The translations under genes and the position numbers were made by a program. A stretch of 51,536 nt of DNA from positions 1 to 51,536 of the IMG/VR virus record IMGVR_UViG_3300022932_000004; one strand, given 5' to 3'. This document shows positions 44,960 through 51,536 of the stretch, one piece after another (the stretch's first letter is position 1; each line of letters starts with the position of its first letter). The notes under the pieces were generated by a model that saw nothing but the letters and a program-made list of their open reading frames with translations, was not told the DNA's origin and did no database searches. The stretch is from a virus (taxonomy: Duplodnaviria; Caudoviricetes).

Positions 44960-45467
44960 TTTTCGCCTCCATTTCTTTTTTCATCAAAGGCAACAACACC
45001 AAGTAAAAGTACTCAGAGGTAATGCTTTGAAAGTTCTTCGTTAAGCACTCGTTTGCAGGGTATCTTTTAAAGTCATCCTCGCTTACTTGAACGGTATTGA
45101 AGCCCATTTCGATGATGTAATTATGAATATCCTCAATCGGGACAGTTATTTCAAATTCACCGTTAAGTCCAAAGCAAAACATAATACTGTCGTCTTTAAA
45201 TTTAGCATTGATAAAATAATACGTGCTTGAAATGTGCTTAGTTAAAAGCGTAATTACTTGGTCAAGCTTGTAAGTTCCATCAGCAAAAAAAGCCTCAAAA
45301 TGATAAAGGTAGTCTCGTTTAGGAGTTCCGTCTTCCCGTGGAAAATCATAAACTGATATGTTTTTAACTTCTAAATTCATTGAGATTTTAGCGTTCTGGA
45401 TAAGCAATCCCAACTTAACGATTTGTAGAACTTTTGCCATTTCTTCGGCTGTCAAGTTGTTTTCCAT
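44949..45467 (-). CDS. Hypothetical protein
   Basis: Likely start MENNLTAEE; about 172 aa. Confidence 0.6.
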   Translation of the reverse strand: MENNLTAEEMAKVLQIVKLGLLIQNAKISMNLEVKNISVYDFPREDGTPKRDYLYHFEAFFADGTYKLDQVITLLTKHISSTYYFINAKFKDDSIMFCFGLNGEFEITVPIEDIHNYIIEMGFNTVQVSEDDFKRYPANECLTKNFQSITSEYFYLVLLPLMKKEMEAKNGS

Positions 45468-45611
45468 AACTAAAACCCCCACCATGAAAGATTAGAAACT
45501 TGACCCTTTACGAGCATTGCAACAACGACCGAAGCGAACAATGCGCTTAATGTTAAGATTGCCCATGTAGGCAAAATCTGATTTCTTTTTTGAGTTTGCA
45601 TAATATTTATT

Positions 45612-45845
45612 TTAAACGTTTGTGAAAGCTTCTAGGTAACCGCCTAGCTCGTTTTTAACATAGTTGCTGTCTACCGATGTGCCCAACACTTGAAAGTAAT
45701 GATCTCTTATCAAGTAGTCCGCATCAACAGGAATACCGTCCCCGTCCAAGATCGGGTCTTCGCTTCCTGGCGTTGGATATAAGGTCTCTTGGAAATACTC
45801 AGCGTTTGGATATTCCGATTTTATTTTCTGTAGTTCTGTTGCCAT
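45612..45845 (-). CDS. Hypothetical acidic protein
   Basis: 77 aa ORF. Confidence 0.6.
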   Translation of the reverse strand: MATELQKIKSEYPNAEYFQETLYPTPGSEDPILDGDGIPVDADYLIRDHYFQVLGTSVDSNYVKNELGGYLEAFTNV

Positions 45846-45847
45846 GA

Positions 45848-46114
45848 TTAATACGTTTTAAATTGAAGTTTGCCTGCAATAAAATGACCGTCAATATCCT
45901 TTTTGAAAAAGTGATGCCATTCGCCGTCTTCGTTGACTTCTGCTGTCAACCCTTTAACAAACCCATTGCTAACATACACGTTTTCTTTTTCGTCAGCGAT
46001 CATGTCGAATACAGAGTTAATGTTAAATCCTTTTTCTTCTAAATAGCTTTCAATTTCAGAAAATTGAATCTTGTTTATTTCTGTTCCACGGATGTTATAT
46101 TTTTGAAGGTGCAT
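45848..46114 (-). CDS. Hypothetical protein
   Basis: 88 aa ORF, first after a divergent promoter region. Confidence 0.6.
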   Translation of the reverse strand: MHLQKYNIRGTEINKIQFSEIESYLEEKGFNINSVFDMIADEKENVYVSNGFVKGLTAEVNEDGEWHHFFKKDIDGHFIAGKLQFKTY

Positions 46115-46250
46115 AGTATTTAGTCGTGTTGTTTGCTTGACGACAGGACAATGATACGGACTATATAATTAAGATGCAAATTATTAATACAAATTAATTA
46201 AAATAAATTTTATCCTTGTATTATTGATATTAATAATATAGATTTGCTGA

Positions 46251-46436
46251 ATGAAGAAATCAAAGGCAGGACGCCCGGCGTCAACAGAACAGACAAAGCA
46301 GATAAACGTAAGGGTAAGGCTTTCTAAGTTGGAAGACCCAAGGTTGCAGAATAAGATTAAATATACTTCTTTCAGTAACTACGTAAATAGTCTAATAGAT
46401 AATGACCTTATAGGGGTTCCTGAAAAACAACTTTAA
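46251..46436 (+). CDS. Ribbon-helix-helix-like transcription regulator
   Basis: AGRP..., QINVRV strand, SFSNYVNSLIDNDL helix; sits at the divergence point; TAGATTTG at 46239-46246. Confidence 0.65.
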   Translation: MKKSKAGRPASTEQTKQINVRVRLSKLEDPRLQNKIKYTSFSNYVNSLIDNDLIGVPEKQL

Positions 46437-46554
46437 CATGAGCAACTCGGACGTATGCACCTCGTTATTCATATTCGGAATGATGTGTCTAGCAATTTAC
46501 GCGCTAATCTGCGCAAGAAATAAACAAAGTAATTAACCTTTAAAATTTAAAACC

Positions 46555-46749
46555 ATGTCAAACGACAGAAAAACAGTAAGCAACGACGATTACGAAATCT
46601 CAAATATTGCAATTGAGTTATCTATGCCTCGTTTTGTAATTCACTTAGCGAAAGATAAAGCTAAGACAACAAATAGATTAGCTATCCAGCACTGGATTGA
46701 AGATCATAAATTTTTAATCGATTACTTAATGTCCGATGAAATTAAGTAA
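46555..46749 (+). CDS. Hypothetical protein
   Basis: 64 aa ORF with A-rich leader. Confidence 0.55.
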   Translation: MSNDRKTVSNDDYEISNIAIELSMPRFVIHLAKDKAKTTNRLAIQHWIEDHKFLIDYLMSDEIK

Positions 46750-46836
46750 AGACAAAACTACGCTACTCGTATTCGGAATATGGGTAGCGATGCTGGTCGG
46801 GGTAGGCGTATTGGTTGACCATTTAACAAATTACTA

Positions 46837-47049
46837 ATGACAACAGAAGAGAAAAACAGCCTTATCGCAAAGGCGCAAAGGGAATATCCGGAATTTGAGG
46901 TTTTTTATTCAGCGATAAGCACTATAAAAAGCGTTTCAACAGGTGAGTTTTATATCAGCGAAAATGGCGACGTATTGACGACCGCTGGACGCGCTGTTTA
47001 TAACGGCAGAAGTCGGGAATGGGCAGACAAAATTAAAAAAGGAAATTAA
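46837..47049 (+). CDS. Hypothetical protein
   Basis: 70 aa ORF. Confidence 0.6.
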   Translation: MTTEEKNSLIAKAQREYPEFEVFYSAISTIKSVSTGEFYISENGDVLTTAGRAVYNGRSREWADKIKKGN

Positions 47050-47050
47050 A

Positions 47051-47317
47051 ATGAAAAAACTGATAACAAATGCCATCGAAGAAAGAGGCTGGGAAGAATT
47101 TAGAGAAACAGGGCTGTTTATGTTTATAAATACTGTTTTGCACGCTTTCGGATGGGCTATAGTTTGCAAAATAAATGCAAACGGAAACATACTCAACGTT
47201 TATCCTGCTAGAGTCAAATTTAGAGGATTCGATAACGAAGATCAATCAGAAATGCACACTCGTATAGCTAACTATTTAAAGGATAATGCCCCTAATTTCC
47301 CCGAAGAAATAAAGTAA
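47051..47317 (+). CDS. Hypothetical phage protein
   Basis: 88 aa; WEEFRETGLFMFINTVLHAFGWAIV...YPARVKFRGF. Confidence 0.7.
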   Translation: MKKLITNAIEERGWEEFRETGLFMFINTVLHAFGWAIVCKINANGNILNVYPARVKFRGFDNEDQSEMHTRIANYLKDNAPNFPEEIK

Positions 47318-47319
47318 AT

Positions 47320-47829
47320 CTACTTACGAACCCATTTTAACCACGCAAGAACCCCAAGGATAAGTAATCCGAATCCGCCAAGCACAAATAAGCCATTTCG
47401 ATTAGTCGAAGTGGCTTTTTCCTTGTTAGCGGATTTCACCGAGTTTCGGGTAACAGTCACTATTCTAAGCTTTTCAACATCGTGTAAATAAGCCTCTTTA
47501 ACAGTTTTATTTTTTTCGGTGCTGTTATCCCTGCTTTTACCGGTTTCGCTTGTTTTCGTGTAGCCTGTAGGCTTGCCTGTGTCTTTATCGTAATTGGTAT
47601 GTTCCGTGGTTTTGGTGTAAGTGTTTTCTGTGTCAGTTTTGCGCTCCGTTTCACTGCTCGAACTTTGGCCGCTTTTACTTTCTTTACTGCTTTCGGTATT
47701 CCCGCTTTGTTCATTTTTAATCTCCGTTTTCTCTGTTTTTAAATTAACTTTCCTTGTCCCACATCCTGGAACTAACGCAATCAGGACCAAAAGCGCCAAA
47801 AGGATTAATATGTTAAATAGCTTTTTCAT
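47320..47829 (-). CDS. Candidate unimolecular spanin (lipoprotein with C-terminal TM)
   Basis: Signal ending LVPG-C, hydrophilic Ser/Thr/Lys middle, C-terminal TM helix; third gene of the lysis cassette. Confidence 0.7.
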   Translation of the reverse strand: MKKLFNILILLALLVLIALVPGCGTRKVNLKTEKTEIKNEQSGNTESSKESKSGQSSSSETERKTDTENTYTKTTEHTNYDKDTGKPTGYTKTSETGKSRDNSTEKNKTVKEAYLHDVEKLRIVTVTRNSVKSANKEKATSTNRNGLFVLGGFGLLILGVLAWLKWVRK

Positions 47830-47846
47830 CTTTAGAAGGGTTAATG

Positions 47847-48095
47847 TTAATGTCGCCTGTGTTTGTTGTAGCAGGGGGGGTTAGATGTGAGCCGGCTAAT
47901 CGTATCATCTTTAGCTGAGCTACTTTTACTGCCCCCGAAATAAAACGTTGCCGTTAATAAAGCAATATCTAATATCCGGTTGTTTATGCCCTCGGTCAAG
48001 TGACCAAACTCAAGTAACGTGCCCACCCCTATCACTACCACGAAGGCTAAAATTGCTTGCGTCTTGGTCGAGTGGATGAAGTCAAGGAATTTCAT
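47847..48095 (-). CDS. Holin (2 TM)
   Basis: 82 aa, two TM segments, FYFGGSKSS.AKDDTI; between endolysin and spanin. Confidence 0.75.
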   Translation of the reverse strand: MKFLDFIHSTKTQAILAFVVVIGVGTLLEFGHLTEGINNRILDIALLTATFYFGGSKSSSAKDDTISRLTSNPPCYNKHRRH

Positions 48096-48216
48096 TATCC
48101 GTGAAATTTAGATTTTTGCAAAATAGGCTCTTCGTGCTTGAAATAAATTGGCAGAAACATGTTCATCCCGATACCTAAGCACATTGTATAAAATTTGTTT
48201 TTGAAATACTTCGACA

Positions 48217-48759
48217 TTACGCTTCGTTTTTAGAAAGTTCACCTGTTTCTGAAATATAAACTTTACGCACATTTGAGGGTTCTCCAATTTTATAGGCGGG
48301 TCTACGTACAGATACACAGCGGTCTTTGGCGATAAATGCAAATCCCACAGCATTTGATTGATTGCCCCCGTATACTAAATAAGCATGACTATTTTCGGCT
48401 ACATAAAACCCAACATGACCGCCTCCGGTTCTTGAAAACACCAAAACGTCCCAAAGTTTTGCATTTTCTTTAGAAACACCAACACCCCAATTAGCCCATT
48501 CTTTAGCCGCTAATAATTTAGCAGAAGAAAACGGATACCCTGCCCTTTTAGCAATCACCCCAACAAATAGCCCACACCAGGGAATATCATCATCAGTATA
48601 CCAGCCGGATACACCAACCTCTTTAGCCCATTTGGTAATATCTACATTCGAGCCTTTGCCGACATGTTCCATAACTCCGTAATGTTTTAATGCTTCTACA
48701 AGCATTTTTGGCGCTCCTTCTTTGGATAGCCAGTTGTATTTAGTTGGTAATGTTGCCAT
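48217..48759 (-). CDS. Endolysin, TIGR02594-like NlpC/P60/CHAP peptidase
   Basis: DDIPWCGLFV (Cys), GGGHVGFY (His) and GGNQSNAV. Confidence 0.85.
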   Translation of the reverse strand: MATLPTKYNWLSKEGAPKMLVEALKHYGVMEHVGKGSNVDITKWAKEVGVSGWYTDDDIPWCGLFVGVIAKRAGYPFSSAKLLAAKEWANWGVGVSKENAKLWDVLVFSRTGGGHVGFYVAENSHAYLVYGGNQSNAVGFAFIAKDRCVSVRRPAYKIGEPSNVRKVYISETGELSKNEA

Positions 48760-48813
48760 TGCGATGCCTTTTTTAAACTCAAATATACTAAGATTTATGT
48801 ATATTTATATTGT

Positions 48814-48912
48814 AATTGGTAGTCTTCGAATTTAAACCGATTTAAAAACATTATTACCCTTATCTCATTGAGTAACGAGTTCGAAGACGTGAAAGGTGGG
48901 ATAAGGGTTTTT
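48814..48912 (+). ncRNA. Structured 5' leader, kissing-loop element 2
   Basis: Same AATTGGT/ACCGATT hairpin as element 1; loop GTCTTCGAATTT (48822-48833) pairs with GAGTTCGAAGAC (48877-48888) in the loop of stem 48856-48869/48895-48908, followed by a T-run. Confidence 0.7.
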
Positions 48913-48916
48913 ATTT

Positions 48917-49453
48917 ATGATAGGAATTTATAGAATAACGTCTCCGTCAAACAAGGTTTACATAGGGCAAAGCAGCAATATAGAGACAAGATTTAAAACA
49001 TATAAATACAACGCATGCAAAGGTCAGCCTAGGCTATTCAATTCTTTTAAGAAATACGGATTTGAAACCCACAAACTGGAAGTCATAGAGCGGTGTGCGA
49101 TTGACAAATTAAATATTAGAGAAAGATATTGGCAAGATTTCCATGACTCTACTAATAAAGGATTAAACTGCATGTCTGTAAAAACAGAATTGATAAATGG
49201 GAGTCATTGCAATACGACTAAATTAAAAATAAGCCAAACCAAGATGGGCGTTCCTAGCAAATTAAAAGGCAGAAAAATGCTGAAAAAAGCATATAACCCA
49301 AGGATAAACGGACGCCTTGTTCTTAATACTGAAAATGGGATATATTATTCTAGTGTAGTGCAAGCGGCGCATGCGTTTTGCTTAAACAGGACTACTTTAG
49401 ACGCTATGCTTAGAGGCAGAAGAAGGAACAAAACACAAATGAAACTAGCATAG
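48917..49453 (+). CDS. GIY-YIG homing endonuclease
   Basis: GIYRITSPSNKVYIGQS, RERYWQD, GLNC; paralog of 23239-24066. Confidence 0.9.
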   Translation: MIGIYRITSPSNKVYIGQSSNIETRFKTYKYNACKGQPRLFNSFKKYGFETHKLEVIERCAIDKLNIRERYWQDFHDSTNKGLNCMSVKTELINGSHCNTTKLKISQTKMGVPSKLKGRKMLKKAYNPRINGRLVLNTENGIYYSSVVQAAHAFCLNRTTLDAMLRGRRRNKTQMKLA

Positions 49454-49527
49454 TCTATTTTGCAACATATTCGATACATCTTAGCAACTTTAAAATATTG
49501 CGCTTACATTCGGTCAAAAACAAATTC

Positions 49528-50232
49528 ATGATAAAACATTATTCTTTTGACTTATGGCTGACACTCATAAAGTCAAACAGCGTCTTCAAGGAAGAGCGCG
49601 CCAAATATTTTCAAAAAAAGTTCAACCCATTTAGCAGGACGTTAGCCGAAGTAAAAGACATTATTCGAAATGTTGACTTGTCTTGCAATTACACAAACGA
49701 AATCGTAGGCAAGAACATCGATGCACTGGAAATGTATTGCATGGTGCTTTATAATTTAGGGGTTGATCTATCGGATATTTCGACAACTAAGATCAACGAA
49801 ATTTACGCTGAGATTGAGCAAATATTTTTTAATTACACCCCTCAAATGTACGACGAGGATACGGTTTCGACCCTATGGTGTTTACAGGAACATGGTAAAA
49901 CCCTTTCTATTTTGTCCAATACCGGATTTATCAAAGGGCATACCCTTAAAACTTTCATTCAGAAAAGCGACTTGTCCCAAATTGACTTTAGGTTTATGCT
50001 GTTTTCAGATGAACACAGGATGTCTAAGCCTAACCCTTTTTTCTTTAGCAAAATCAATAAATTAACAAATGGCAGGTTAGACAAACACGAAATCTTGCAC
50101 GTAGGGGACAATCCGAATGCAGACGGCGTAGGCGCTCAATTTGCCGGGATAGGTCATGTAATCATCAACAATATAAATCACTCACCATTTACTATTAAAG
50201 ACGTGTTAAATGAAGAACTATTCATTACATAA
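49528..50232 (+). CDS. HAD-superfamily hydrolase
   Basis: FDLWLTLI (motif I), ILSNT (II), SKP (III), HVGDN..ADG.GA (IV); start revised to ATG at 49528. Confidence 0.85.
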   Translation: MIKHYSFDLWLTLIKSNSVFKEERAKYFQKKFNPFSRTLAEVKDIIRNVDLSCNYTNEIVGKNIDALEMYCMVLYNLGVDLSDISTTKINEIYAEIEQIFFNYTPQMYDEDTVSTLWCLQEHGKTLSILSNTGFIKGHTLKTFIQKSDLSQIDFRFMLFSDEHRMSKPNPFFFSKINKLTNGRLDKHEILHVGDNPNADGVGAQFAGIGHVIINNINHSPFTIKDVLNEELFIT

Positions 50233-51025
50233 AATATACGCCGAAGACGAAATCCCGTTTTCGGCAATCGACTATTCGAAGTTTAAATTTGGCGACAAAG
50301 ATATTGCCAGGGATTTTGGTTATGCCTTAGCGGATGGGTTTATTAAAAGAAACGGATTGCGTCACTGTAAATACGAGCAGATAGTAGTGATCTCTTCTCC
50401 GTATTGTTTTATTCCTACCGCAACCTTTGCAATGAAAGATTACTTCGTTCAAAGACTCAATGAATTTCTAGTTGAAAGAAACCATAGGGTAGTTGAAGAG
50501 GCAAAGATTCATCGTACAATCACCTATAAAGAAGACTACGGCGCATTATCAGCAGAGGATAGAATGAAGTTAATCGGGAACGATGGATTTCATATTGATG
50601 CTAATTTTGTGGATAATAAGACATTGTTGTTCTTGGATGACATCATCATCACAGGAAGTCATGAGCGGGTAGTCAAAAGAATGCTGGAAGAGTACAAAAT
50701 ATCTGCTGATTGCAAATTCTTATACTTTGCTGAGCTTGCAAATAAAGACATTCATCCGAAGATCGAAAACGATTTGAATTTTGCTTTTGTGAAAGACCTG
50801 TACACCTTAGACAAGGTCATCAAGAATGAATCTTTCCTTTTCAATACACGCGTTGTTAAGTTCATGCTGAATGCTCCAGCTAGCGAGTTTAGTACATTCA
50901 TTAGATTTCAGAAAGAAGCGTTCTTACAGACGTTTATTCACCTCGCAATCGGGAACTCGTACCACACGATACCGGATTACCATTTCAATTTTACTACGCT
51001 TAAGAATTACCTCAAAACTTTTTAA
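50210..51025 (+). CDS. Type I phosphoribosyltransferase-like protein
   Basis: PRPP-binding loop LLFLDDIIITGSHE; overlaps the HAD gene, suggesting an operon. Confidence 0.8.
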   Translation: MKNYSLHKIYAEDEIPFSAIDYSKFKFGDKDIARDFGYALADGFIKRNGLRHCKYEQIVVISSPYCFIPTATFAMKDYFVQRLNEFLVERNHRVVEEAKIHRTITYKEDYGALSAEDRMKLIGNDGFHIDANFVDNKTLLFLDDIIITGSHERVVKRMLEEYKISADCKFLYFAELANKDIHPKIENDLNFAFVKDLYTLDKVIKNESFLFNTRVVKFMLNAPASEFSTFIRFQKEAFLQTFIHLAIGNSYHTIPDYHFNFTTLKNYLKTF

Positions 51026-51070
51026 GTATTAACAATGTTACATAAATAGTAAATACGTATATTTGTGTAT

Positions 51071-51203
51071 TGTTTACCTTTGGACGGGCGAACGAAAGAA
51101 TAAAACAGCTCATAATATTTTAAATGGGTTAGTAGATTTAAAGTAATACCAAAGCCCCGTCCAAAGGAATACAGGTATTATTTAAGTTTGCTAACCCATT
51201 TTT
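51071..51203 (+). ncRNA. Structured element, kissing-loop element 3 (no clear downstream gene)
   Basis: CCTTTGGACGGG (51077-51088) is the exact reverse complement of CCCGTCCAAAGG (51156-51167), in the loop of a ~28-bp stem (51122-51150/51174-51201); TATATTTG at 51058-51065. Confidence 0.65.
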
Positions 51204-51409
51204 AGTTTGGACAATTCTACTTGATATTTATTTCTGACAACGACCTAGACAAAGGCGTTTGTAAAAGTTGCACTTATATCTCTCCGGTATTTGGAACGTG
51301 TACATTTAACTATGGTTAAGAATAAAGATTGTTTTTCTAGGGGGAGTCTTTTTCTTTCCTTTCTTCTTTTCCTTATTTTCTTATGGTTGTTTTATTCCTT
51401 TTCTTCTTT

Positions 51410-51536
51410 CCTTTCTTTTAAGCTGTTTAAAACAAAACCCCACGGTTTCACAACGGCGGGGCTTCTCAAACAGAAATACATATTTTGATTGATCTGACGG
51501 ATTTACTTATTAAACGGGTTGTACTTTCTTCTGATT
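51410..51536. repeat. Terminal direct repeat, copy 2
   Basis: Identical to 1-127. Confidence 0.95.

Noticed and set aside
47460-47714. Nested ORF in the spanin gene as an Rz1-like o-spanin
   Set aside because: No signal peptide or lipobox cysteine; the host gene already has both anchors.
51291-51488. 65-aa hydrophobic ORF as a membrane toxin controlled by element 3
   Set aside because: TTG start, and the hydrophobicity derives from a low-complexity pyrimidine tract; cannot be supported without expression data.
51410-51536. 127-bp terminal repeat as a biological direct terminal repeat
   Set aside because: Length equals a common assembler k-mer and the junction cuts through the ORF ending at 94; best read as circular overlap.
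1-51536. Alternative genetic code (stop-codon reassignment)
   Set aside because: Core genes are full length under the standard bacterial code and end in TAA, TAG and TGA.

Overview
The window looks like one complete, circularly assembled tailed dsDNA phage genome of about 51.4 kb: bases 1-127 are repeated exactly at 51410-51536. It is a siphovirus type with an HK97-fold head. The many TAnnTTTG/TAnnTTTA promoter elements and the 'MKK...CKKE' lipoproteins point to a Bacteroidetes host (inference). Most core genes are on the minus strand: terminases, portal, protease-like gene, capsid, neck, six inserted appendage genes, tail tube, a frameshifted tail chaperone, tape measure, tail tip/fibre, a replication initiator with internal repeats, primase-helicase, a C5 methyltransferase, a YqaJ exonuclease and a lysis cassette. 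Plus-strand islands carry two GIY-YIG endonucleases, two lipoproteins and a HAD + phosphoribosyltransferase pair. I found no integrase, classical repressor, RT or CRISPR array. The least explained signals are non-coding: (i) four promoter-proximal leaders sharing a two-hairpin kissing-loop design, with compensatory changes between the two that precede the GIY-YIG genes; (ii) a 197-nt tRNA-mimic next to a pseudoknot; (iii) a ~360-nt structured RNA upstream of the portal with a possible antisense partner. Also notable are an overprinted methyltransferase subunit gene and a tail-tube domain fused to the tail fibre. All folding and motif calls were made by eye; no searches were run.
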